Shown here in pieces: positions 10,460 to 18,934 of a stretch of DNA of 24,000 nt. The DNA lies in assembly GCF_026506335.1 (NCBI RefSeq), contig NZ_CP097716.1. The stretch is one strand, 5' to 3'. A program made the translations under genes and the position numbers. Numbering within the stretch: position 1 is the first letter of the stretch; each line of letters begins with the position of its first letter. The notes beneath the pieces were generated by a model. The model searched no databases, was not told where the DNA came from, and saw nothing but the letters and a program-made list of their open reading frames with translations. The DNA is from Escherichia coli. GTDB lineage: Bacteria; Pseudomonadota; Gammaproteobacteria; Enterobacterales; Enterobacteriaceae.

Positions 10460-10932
10460 ACCGCGCCAATATGATGGCACTCATCCACAATGATTTGCCC
10501 ATAATTCCTGACCAGAGGTTCAACTTCTCCGTGTCTGGATATGGACTGCACCACCGCAATATCAATATTGTCACAGGGTTTATGTTTACCTCCCCCGATA
10601 ATACCAATACTGTCACCGGCCTGCAGAAACACCGCGAGACGCTCCTGCCACTGCTTCAGCAATTCAGTCCGGTGTACCAGTATCAGTGTATTCACTTTCC
10701 GCCTGGCAATCACTGCCGCTGCGGTAACTGTCTTACCAAAAGCCGTTGGCGCACAAAGCACACCAGTATCATAGCGGAGTAATGCCGAAACGGCCTCTTC
10801 CTGCTCCGCTCTGAGGTTTCCCGTGAAAACCACATTACATTCCGTACCAACAAATCGTTTATCGATTATTTCTTCAGCAATATTGGTAAGCGTCAACGGG
10901 GCACCGTATTGACGCTTATTTATTGGTGAGTA
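10460..10932 (-). pseudogene. Superfamily 2 DEAD/DEAH (ResIII-like) helicase fragment, truncated at both ends
   Basis: ...LRAEQEEAVSALLRYDTGVLCAPTAFGKTVTAAAVIARRKVNTLILVHRTELLKQWQERL...QIIVDECHHIGA: Walker A (APTAFGKT) and DECH box; cut by IS600 immediately after motif II. The frame extends upstream as YSPINKRQYGAP to a TAG near 10933. Confidence 0.75.
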
Positions 10933-11073
10933 CTACGTTCCATGGCAAGAGTTCGTCAACACGGTTGGAGAGCCATTCTGTCAACGACGGATGAAAAGTG
11001 GCTCTTCCGCAACCTGGGTGGAAGAAAATGGATGAAACTTTCTGGTGAACAAGGATCTAAGCTGTTTTAAGTT

Positions 11074-11852
11074 ATGGGCAACGCAATGCACTCTCTTAAG
11101 ACACTTCTACAGTTACCTTGCGGATGGCGATGCAGTCGACAAATTATTAGCTCTGACGGTATAGCCCTCCATCTCCGCGGAAAACGCAAAACAGCACAAT
11201 GCCCTAAATGCCTTAAATGCAGCGACTCTGTTCATAGTTGTCGTCAGCGCCGGATACAGCATTTACCCTGCTCAGGGCAGACACTATGGCTTGTATTTTC
11301 CGTCCGCTACTGGTACTGCCGAACCCAGCTTGTTCACGAAAAATTTTTGCCGAATCGCTTGCTCCCTTCGCTGATTCACATCATCAGTCTTTACAGGCGT
11401 TACAAAATTTACAGCTTCAACTGGGATTAATAGCCGGAGGTGAGGCTGGAAAACGGGCAGCAACGGCAGTGGGTCTCCGTTTCAGTGCAGATACTCTTCT
11501 TCGCAGGGTTATCAATACCCCGGAGACAAAACCGTCAGGCTCGATCCATGTCGGTATTGATGAGTGGGCGTGGCATCGGGGCTACCGTTACGGTACGTTA
11601 ATAGTCAATCTTGATACTCACCGTCCCCTCGTCCTGCTTCCCGACCGCGATCAGCGTACGCTGGCGACCTGGTTCAGAAAATATCCGGAAATACAGGTTG
11701 TCTCGCGTGATCGCAATGGAGTCTATGCGACAGCAGCACGTGAAGGTGCACCTCAGGCCAGACAGGTGGTCGATCGATGGCACCTGCTAAAAAATATTGG
11801 CGATGCGCTTGAACGAATGAGCTACTCTCGGGTACCACAATTTCACCGATAA
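11074..11852 (+). pseudogene. ISL3-family transposase remnant, frameshifted and C-terminally truncated
   Basis: Zinc-finger-like N-terminus (CPKCLKCSDSVHSCRQRRIQHLP) in one frame, then PNPACSRKIFAESL...VGIDEWAWHRGYRYGTLIVNLDTHRPLVLLPDR...VVDRWHLLKNIGDALER in another. Confidence 0.8.
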
Positions 11853-12224
11853 TACTGCAACCTCGAAAGGAAGTAATCTGGCGCGGGGACAAACTTATCA
11901 AGGTTCACAGTTTTAGCAGTTTTCTAAGCGTCCAGCATACTCTTAGCTTTCCCCAGCCATAAGCATTCATCATTTCGGCGGGAGACCCTTATCGTTGTAA
12001 CCTCTTTATCCCGGGCCGTCACTTTCGAAGAGGGAACAAGATGTATGTACTTTCCCCTCATACACTATGGCATTATTTATTGTGATACGTTACTGAGCCA
12101 TCCGCAAAAGCACTTACCTAAACGCAAACTAACCGCAGGTCAGTCTTTTGCTGACCTTGCGTGGAAACAGTACCACGTCACAGACACTGCGCAGCATCGG
12201 CTGCATTTACGGAGATTTGTGAAT

Positions 12225-14465
12225 ATGAATCAACCACACGCAGACAACCTTCAGGGCCAACATCCAGATCGCGCAATCTGTTCCGCCGATGAAGACCAGT
12301 ATGGTTTCATCCACATAGCTACCCAGTTAGCTGTTGCCGTTAAGGGTATTGGCCGCGAGGGTAGCGCAGTGATCGGTATCGAAGGCCCATGGGGATCAGG
12401 GAAAACGAGTCTCCTTAACCTGCTGCGCAATGCTCTCGTCGAACAAATAGAAGAACGCACTTTTGTATTGACAATATCCCCCTGGCTCGACGGGAGCAAC
12501 ACAAGTCTGGTGGCATCGTTACTGCTTCCTGTCGCCAACATCATTGCTGCTGAAGAGGAACAGCGACTAGCGCCTGAGGAAAGGACAGCTCTCAGACGAC
12601 GAAAATCCCTGACACGGACGGCCAAGACGATGATAGACTACACCCGGGCAACTGCCCGCAATCTCGCACCCGTCGCCTCAGCCGCCGCCGTTATTCCCGG
12701 CGTACCTGATGCCAGTGGCGCGTTGAAAGCCCTGTCAGAAACTCGTTGGCTGAAGGAAAAGGAGAAAACCACAGCAGAGATGCGGACCGAAATTGCGAAG
12801 AAAATAGATGAACTGGATCTTAGCTTTATTGTACTGCTCGATGATCTGGATCGTCTCGAGCCAGCACAGGCAGTTGAGGTGATAAGGCTAGTTAAATCTG
12901 TAGGTGACTTTCCTCGCTTTCGCTACCTTCTCTGTTATGACAAAGCCATCCTATCCCAGGCCATCAGCCTAGGGCTGGGGGTACCCGACGGCAACCTATA
13001 CCTGCAGAAAATTGTTCAGATATCATTCTGTTTACCGCGCCCAGAAACCTTTGTCTTGCGCAGAAAATTTAGGGATGCCGCTGCCGCGTTATACAGAAAA
13101 GTAAACGGGCATGCTCCAGACCGTATTGTACTAGAGCAATTGACACAAGTGGCTGACGTCTACGGGGCAGCATTAAAAACCCCCAGGGAGGTTCAGATGG
13201 TACTGAATGCCCTGACCTTCCTATACCCGGGCATGCGGGATTACGTGTATTTCCCGGATCTGTGCTTCCTTCAACTGCTGCGCACAACAAATGCGGGTCT
13301 TTATGACTGGGTAGAAGAATATCTGTCAGAACGAGCGGTCGTAGCCGCCGGTGACGGGCATGTTAGTGAGTTAGAGCAGGCAGAGATGGCGGAGAGCCTA
13401 AAGTCGCACCTTGCCCGTTATTTCCCTGCCGAAGCCCATGCGGTGCATGCCCTTGCTCGCTGGGTCCCGGGTATCACCGGCTGGAAAAATGACTCGCCCA
13501 TCAAACTCTTTGTACCGACTCCCGAACAGGATAGTGCCCTGCTGACTGCTGGCAAACGTCTGGGCAGCCAAGCATACTGGCGCTATTATTTCGCTTTTTC
13601 CGCCCCACAGAATGTACTTTCATCTGAAATGCTCAATGAGATATTCGACATCGCCGGATATCCTGAACAACAACATAAGCTTGCAGAACGTCTACTCGGG
13701 TATATCCAGAGTAAGGGTTTGTCCTCCCGAACCTGGTTTGAACACATTCTGACCCAGCTCACCACACAACAGATTGCAGCAAGGACACCAGAGCAATGCC
13801 GTGGACTGGCGCAGTTCTTCTTTGATTCCGGAGATAAAATGTTGCAACGCTACCAAGACGAGAATGACTGGTTTTCTATACATGACCTAGACACCTGGAG
13901 CGTGACGGACCGCCTCATCAATAAGATACAAAAGGAAAGCGATCAAGAATCTTTCGACTTCCTGTCCACGCAGTTTAAAAACGGTCAGGCCTGGTACTGG
14001 ATAGCAGAATATATGCGTCATCTGCTGTGGCAGCACGGAAGAGTTGGAGACAGAGCAGTACATGAGCAGCAAAAGTGGATACCATCTTTTCAACTCGACT
14101 CCTTATGTGAAACTCTGGCACATCGTCTGAATGGGAAAGTGATCACCGACCAACTAGCCAGTTTCCCTCAGTTAAACGGTTATATCTGGGCATGGCGTGA
14201 TATCAGTGGCGTTGAAGCAGTTAGGACCTGGGTTCAGGAACAAATCCGGGATGATGAAGCCTTTTTGAAACTACTGTTACAATTGTGTTATCACGGAATC
14301 AGCTCTGCAGAAGGACGTTTCACCGCCCTGAAACTGAGTGACCTAGCTGACTTTTTCGGGGAACCAGACCAGATCAGAGAACGCATTGAAAACATCAGGA
14401 AAGCAGGCCCACTGGCTGAAATGGCTAAGCAGGTTGAGACGTCGATTAAACGAAATAGGTTTTAG
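12225..14465 (+). CDS. KAP family P-loop NTPase
   Basis: Walker A GPWGSGKT (12384-12407), Walker B FIVLLDDLDRLEPAQAVEVIRLVKS, KAP-typical FRYLLCYDK and KIVQISFCLPRP segments. GGAG at 12211-12214 supports start at GTG 12219 or ATG 12225 rather than the 12045 start in the ORF track. Confidence 0.85.
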   Translation: MNQPHADNLQGQHPDRAICSADEDQYGFIHIATQLAVAVKGIGREGSAVIGIEGPWGSGKTSLLNLLRNALVEQIEERTFVLTISPWLDGSNTSLVASLLLPVANIIAAEEEQRLAPEERTALRRRKSLTRTAKTMIDYTRATARNLAPVASAAAVIPGVPDASGALKALSETRWLKEKEKTTAEMRTEIAKKIDELDLSFIVLLDDLDRLEPAQAVEVIRLVKSVGDFPRFRYLLCYDKAILSQAISLGLGVPDGNLYLQKIVQISFCLPRPETFVLRRKFRDAAAALYRKVNGHAPDRIVLEQLTQVADVYGAALKTPREVQMVLNALTFLYPGMRDYVYFPDLCFLQLLRTTNAGLYDWVEEYLSERAVVAAGDGHVSELEQAEMAESLKSHLARYFPAEAHAVHALARWVPGITGWKNDSPIKLFVPTPEQDSALLTAGKRLGSQAYWRYYFAFSAPQNVLSSEMLNEIFDIAGYPEQQHKLAERLLGYIQSKGLSSRTWFEHILTQLTTQQIAARTPEQCRGLAQFFFDSGDKMLQRYQDENDWFSIHDLDTWSVTDRLINKIQKESDQESFDFLSTQFKNGQAWYWIAEYMRHLLWQHGRVGDRAVHEQQKWIPSFQLDSLCETLAHRLNGKVITDQLASFPQLNGYIWAWRDISGVEAVRTWVQEQIRDDEAFLKLLLQLCYHGISSAEGRFTALKLSDLADFFGEPDQIRERIENIRKAGPLAEMAKQVETSIKRNRF

Positions 14466-14755
14466 ATTATGCCCCTCTTGGTAGTGAGCATCAATGAGTA
14501 AGGTCGCAACCAGCTTATTGGTGCCGTTGTTTACCACTGTCTAGTGGGAGTTACGTAATGTTCCGGTGACCTCTGTCAGCGCCAATGATATAAGACAGTC
14601 AAACATCATGGCGTTGACATCGTTACCTGTATCCGATCCACTGAGGCACCACGACAGAAATTCGCGCCCCTACACTGATGACAAAGCCCCCGAACCTTGC
14701 AGCATATTAACTCCAGCACCTCCCAACAACTTACGCGCGGAAACTTAATCCTAAT

Positions 14756-14774
14756 ACAACTGTAATTCAGTTGT
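14756..14774. terminator. Hairpin ACAACTG-taatt-CAGTTGT overlapping the stop of the YfjJ-like gene
   Basis: 7-bp perfect arms with 5-nt loop; no clear T-tract, so weak as an intrinsic terminator. Confidence 0.25.
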
Positions 14775-15330
14775 GTCGTGGTCGGCCGCGGTTACTTTTT
14801 TCAGGAAGCCTGCTACGGCCCAGAATAATACCGTGTTCTTTCTGATCCTGTTTAGCCAGGTAGCTAAGGGCGTAACGTAAGTCGTCTACCGCAGATTTAT
14901 CACTATAGTGAATCACGTGATCGATACGCACCGGGTATTTGTCTTTAGCCCGGCAAAGGTGAAAGTAACCCTCCCCTTCCGTGATCCGCCTCCAGATATC
15001 TCCCAGTTGCCTGGATATCTGATAAGAGTTCTTGTGACGTTGCCCATCCAGATAGCCGATAAAATGAATATGAAGCCCTTTGTCTGATGTATATTCCATA
15101 ACCCAGTAATATCCTGCCAACATCGTTTGGGTTTCACTAAGTAAACGGTATATTTCAATACACATACTGTGCTTACAGGAATGCCCGAAACTGGGCGTGT
15201 CTTTCCTGTAGGCAAAATCAATTCTGAAAGGTAACAGTTTAGAAAAACGTTGAAACAGACCTTCCATGTGTTCATTCACATCTTTCAGAATCGCGAAATT
15301 CATTTCGTAATTGGGATTGGCATTATACAT
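14767..15330 (-). CDS. YfjJ/YagK-like (inovirus Gp2-like) protein; candidate HUH-type Rep
   Basis: 187 aa; GYYWVMEYTSDKGLHIHFIGYLDG (HIH, HUH-like) and DDLRYALSYLAKQDQ (Y-x3-Y-x2-K-like). Confidence 0.7.
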   Translation of the reverse strand: MYNANPNYEMNFAILKDVNEHMEGLFQRFSKLLPFRIDFAYRKDTPSFGHSCKHSMCIEIYRLLSETQTMLAGYYWVMEYTSDKGLHIHFIGYLDGQRHKNSYQISRQLGDIWRRITEGEGYFHLCRAKDKYPVRIDHVIHYSDKSAVDDLRYALSYLAKQDQKEHGIILGRSRLPEKSNRGRPRHN

Positions 15331-15339
15331 TTTATAGTC

Positions 15340-16300
15340 CTTACTTTATAAAATTCACAGGAAGAGGGGAATTACGTAAATACTGAGAGTACATAAACGC
15401 CGTACCACGGCATTAATAAACGAGGTAACCAGCAGTACAGACAACCTGATAAAACTGTTTGGTATTACCTCATTACAATGAGGTAATACTTCAGAATACA
15501 GTGAGGCTCTCTTAAACAGAGGACCAGTAAGAATTACAATGGTAAAAACACACCTCATAGAATTAAGTTTAAGGAAGTACCATTCAATCACTTACAGGAA
15601 GTAATCTGATCTTCACAAAAGTCAGCTATCGAATAGCCACAGGCAACATCGCTATTAATATTGCCGTACCATTAAGTAAAAACAGAGACTCTGCAGAGAG
15701 AGCCTACAGATATTTAACCTCACAATAAGAAGATTATTTCATACAGAAAATATTATATTTACCCATACTTATAAACTGTAACGGAGCTATAACGTACGAA
15801 CTAAAGACAATATACTCTAATAGTGTTCTGGTACGTAACTAGTGTTAAATACAAACCAGACATACATTCAGTGGATTAACTATCTCAATATTACGCTATG
15901 AGCGTAGTAACATAATTTACACATAACTAAACCCCATACACCACCACACTGTAGTATATGGGGATAGACGCATTACGCACATACAGAATACTCAGCATAA
16001 CATAAAGAGGAGTGACATTACGATAAAAAGAGACAACATAACAGATAACATAACTCCCATTAATAATACTAATTAACCTAAATTATTTATTGAATACGAA
16101 AACAATGAAGGCCCCACCTCACCTCAGACTAAAGCCGACAATATCCTGAGCAACAGGATATCCAATAGTAAATAGTGGTTACACCAGTTATATTTACTGA
16201 CTGACCTGTACCAGAGTTTTCTAATACAACGCTGACATGGTAAAGGCATTAGTCTCCTCCGCAAGTAGCAGAGGAGACTATATGTTAGTCAACGATTAAG
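15340..16300. other. Hairpin-rich, AT-rich non-coding block between YfjJ-like and YfjI-like genes; candidate origin/structured RNA
   Basis: Apart from one short minus-strand ORF of doubtful reality (15355-15591), no listed ORFs. Perfect stems at 15462-15473/15478-15489 (12 bp), 15932-15938/15957-15963 (7 bp), 16141-16148/16154-16161 (8 bp), 16251-16259/16271-16279 (9 bp). Confidence 0.5.
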
Positions 16301-16304
16301 TCGT

Positions 16305-17756
16305 TCAGAGATCAAAGTTAGGTGCGACACACAACGTTTTTCCCTCAATAACCGGTACAACTCTGTTTTGTTCATACAGTAAATCCAGTAACCAGTTGAT
16401 TTTATCCTTTTTCCGGAAACGGTTCGGACCACGCTGTAAAATGTCATTTTTTTTCATACAGAGGATCCCCTTCTCAATGCAATAGCTTTTTATCCAGTTG
16501 AAAAGTTCAAGCTCCTCTGGAATGAGTCGCACAGGTACGGTCAGGGCAGGGTTGTCAAAAGTTAACGGATTAGACAACCGCACATACTCATTACCGTACC
16601 ATATTGCTAATTCTCTCGCCATTTCTGCAATGTAAGGGGAAATCTCCCCCTCCTCACCGCTCGAATGGTAAATAAGTCCTGCCAGTCTTGCCATATACTC
16701 TGCATTTTTAGCAGCATATTCCCGGCAATGTCTTAAAGGCCCCAATCCCCCCAGCTTCGATTCCACATCATTGTAATAATCCGTCCAGATTCTGGCAGCC
16801 TGAGGAGAAAAGTGAAGGCAACGTCGTTCACCACTCATCGCCAGACTTTCATCAATAAGCTCATTGATCCTCTGTTCAAACAAATCCTGATACTGTGATG
16901 AATAATTATCTCCGGTTATTATCCTTGTCCCCTGCGTTGATGTTGGTTGACACATCAAAAACCTTGCATGATGTCCTGACGTTTTCACAAGTTCTTTTTT
17001 TCGCGTACAAAAACCTTTGTGGTAAACATCAGGCTGAATCATCGCCGACATCGTCAGTCTTGGCTCCTTCAAATTAATTCCGGGAGATGATTTCCTGTCG
17101 ATGAAAAGAGAACCTCCATCCCACAAAGTGTTAATAATTCCCAGTTTACTCATGGCCCGGCTGTCAAAAATTACCCCCCCTTCACTGGATACAAGAGCAA
17201 AAGAACGATTGCTATCGGAGTAATATTTTAACATTCCCTCTATCGTTGTCTCATTAAAAATTGTTCGACGTATCTGCGGCGGAACAGGAGACTTATTCAG
17301 ATGCGTTTCAAGCTCTGATTCTGTTGCCTTGTAATCTTTACCGGCACGAATCTCTTTATGAAATTTTGATTCCAGCGCTTTTTGTTTTTGCTCCCATATT
17401 TCCTTTTCTGTGCTGTAATTCTCAACCAGTTTCGCGTATTCTTCCGCCAGGGCTTCATCCCTGAGATAAAATGCTTTCATAAACACTTTATCCACGGTCG
17501 TTTTCCTTTCACCAGAATCAGCCAGAATCAGAGAGTAAAGATTAACAGGCCCACGTAAATTTCCAGGTCTGCACACGTCAATCTGATTCTGACAGGCAAT
17601 TGAGATCGCTGTTAATGCGGATGTCGCCACCATAGCCAAAGGTGCCTGTGTATTTTTTTGAGTTTCAATTATTGCATTTCTCACCAGCGGTGGTAGTGCA
17701 TATATCGGATAAGGATTTTCTGGTGCAAGTAAGCACATAAAAGCCTCTCTTTTCAT
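16305..17756 (-). CDS. YfjI-like DUF3987 protein (primase/helicase-associated family)
   Basis: 483 aa; PYPIYALPPLVRNAIIETQKNTQAPLAMVATSALTAISIACQNQIDVCRPGNLRGPVNLYSLILADSGERKTTVDK is typical of DUF3987/YfjI. M7 (17738) is an alternative start aligning with the start of the truncated copy. Confidence 0.82.
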   Translation of the reverse strand: MKREAFMCLLAPENPYPIYALPPLVRNAIIETQKNTQAPLAMVATSALTAISIACQNQIDVCRPGNLRGPVNLYSLILADSGERKTTVDKVFMKAFYLRDEALAEEYAKLVENYSTEKEIWEQKQKALESKFHKEIRAGKDYKATESELETHLNKSPVPPQIRRTIFNETTIEGMLKYYSDSNRSFALVSSEGGVIFDSRAMSKLGIINTLWDGGSLFIDRKSSPGINLKEPRLTMSAMIQPDVYHKGFCTRKKELVKTSGHHARFLMCQPTSTQGTRIITGDNYSSQYQDLFEQRINELIDESLAMSGERRCLHFSPQAARIWTDYYNDVESKLGGLGPLRHCREYAAKNAEYMARLAGLIYHSSGEEGEISPYIAEMARELAIWYGNEYVRLSNPLTFDNPALTVPVRLIPEELELFNWIKSYCIEKGILCMKKNDILQRGPNRFRKKDKINWLLDLLYEQNRVVPVIEGKTLCVAPNFDL

Positions 17757-17773
17757 TAATGGGTTAGTAAAGT

Positions 17774-17809
17774 AGCAGCAACTCCCGCTATAATAGCGAA
17801 ATAGCTGCT
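17774..17809. promoter_or_regulatory. Diverged copy of the same inverted-repeat element upstream of the intact YfjI-like gene
   Basis: AGCAGC-aactcccgctataatagcgaaata-GCTGCT with inner dyad CGCTAT-A-ATAGCG. Confidence 0.45.
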
Positions 17810-17986
17810 GTTCAGACCTAATGTTCTGAGAAATACAGAATATCTGTAGATCTGATGTTTAATAAAACGATAAGGTTAATTCAGTTCATACTGTGTTATT
17901 TACCACGAAATATCATTCATGTTTCTCATTCTTAACACCTCCTAAAATTATTTCACTAACACCTTCCCCCCGGTCTTTTTCCTTTC

Positions 17987-18214
17987 TCAGGAATCAGCCA
18001 GAACCATAGTGTAAATATTAACGGGCCCACGTAAATTTCCGGGGTTGCACACGTCAATCTGATTCTGACAGGCAATTGACATCGCTGTTAATAATGATGT
18101 TGTAGTCATAGCCAGAGATGCTTTTTCATTGTGTTGAGTTTCAATTATTGCATTTCCAGTCATTGATGGTTGCGCATATACTGGATACGGAGTATCCGGT
18201 TTGATGTAAGACAT
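17987..18214 (-). pseudogene. Truncated second copy of YfjI/DUF3987-like N-terminus (75 aa)
   Basis: PYPVYAQPSMTGNAIIETQHNEKASLAMTTTSLLTAMSIACQNQIDVCNPGNLRGPVNIYTMVLADS* parallels the full copy; the stop replaces the Gly of ADSGERKTT, and similar residues (ERKKTGGKVLVK*) follow. Confidence 0.8.
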
Positions 18215-18246
18215 AAATATTTCCTTTTTTCGTAATAACTTTCGGT

Positions 18247-18289
18247 TATAGCAGCTATTTCCGCTACAATAGCAACAATAGCTGCTATA
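18247..18289. promoter_or_regulatory. 13-bp perfect inverted repeat (TATAGCAGCTATT...AATAGCTGCTATA) upstream of the truncated DUF3987 copy
   Basis: Arms 18247-18259 and 18277-18289, 17-nt spacer; related element at 17774-17809. Confidence 0.5.
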
Positions 18290-18319
18290 CAGACTGGATA
18301 TACTGAAAATACAGACAGT

Positions 18320-18568
18320 TCATCTGGTCTGTATCCAGCAGAGAAGGTCACTTAACAACCATCCGCAAGATTTCTTTCCGATAGACTTACGTGGTGGAAA
18401 TGTTCCCTCCCGTTCAAGTTTCCACGCTTGTGTACGAGAAATTGACGTGATCTCATATCGTTCCTTTTCACGTACCAGTCTGTCGCATTCAATCCCATAA
18501 GCTTTCAAAATGACCAGACGCTGTTCATCTGTTAATGGAAGCCACATACTACCCTCCTGATATATCAA
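18320..18568 (-). CDS. alpA: AlpA-family small DNA-binding regulator
   Basis: 82 aa (probable start M8 at 18547): ITSISRTQAWKLEREGTFPPRKSIGKKSCGWLLSDLLCWIQTR, the AlpA/excisionase-like HTH pattern, beside a YfjI-like gene. Confidence 0.75.
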   Translation of the reverse strand: MIYQEGSMWLPLTDEQRLVILKAYGIECDRLVREKERYEITSISRTQAWKLEREGTFPPRKSIGKKSCGWLLSDLLCWIQTR

Positions 18569-18822
18569 TACTTTTTATTTCCGGCATGAGCATGAAATGA
18601 CTAAGTTTCCCGGATAAACAATGAGTGAAAGTCACTATCATTCATCCAGTCAACACCTTGCAAATAAAATGTAATACTATGATTTTTATAGGTCAAAATA
18701 CTGAATTGCAATGTTAAAATGGCTTTTAATAGAAAAAATAAAGACATATAGAACCAAATAAAAACAAGCCGCGACCAATAAAAACAAAAATTAATATTAA
18801 AAATCCATTATAACGATTTTTG

Positions 18823-18851
18823 TTGACTAAAATTAGGTTGGGATATATAAA
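18823..18851 (+). promoter_or_regulatory. Predicted sigma70 promoter
   Basis: TTGACT (18823-18828), 17-nt spacer, TATAAA (18846-18851). Confidence 0.55.
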
Positions 18852-18918
18852 TAAATCCATGTAAAATTCAAACAAAGCATGGAGGAGTCGCAGGAAGGTG
18901 AAATATTTCCATCTAATT

Positions 18919-18934
18919 TGTGATAATCATCACA
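18919..18934. promoter_or_regulatory. CRP-like site TGTGA-TAATCA-TCACA
   Basis: Exact TGTGA-N6-TCACA, arms extendable to TTTGTGAT/ATCACAAA. Confidence 0.5.

Noticed and set aside
12045-12224. N-terminal 60 codons of the listed 806-aa KAP ORF
   Set aside because: No conserved motifs, and a good Shine-Dalgarno (GGAG) precedes the GTG/ATG at 12219/12225; likely non-coding upstream DNA.
12251-14537. Minus-strand ORFs within the KAP gene (12251-12625, 13069-13290, 13692-13883, 13887-14093, 14343-14537)
   Set aside because: Complementary shadows of the KAP coding frame, no recognisable product.
14481-14748. Short ORFs between the KAP and YfjJ-like genes (e.g. 14566-14748)
   Set aside because: No ribosome-binding support or recognisable sequence; consistent with intergenic DNA.
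15355-15591. 78-aa minus ORF MIEWYFLKLNSMRCVFTIVILTGPLFKR...
   Set aside because: Spans the strongest hairpin of the non-coding block, has no recognisable motifs and no clear ribosome site; retained only as part of the structured region.
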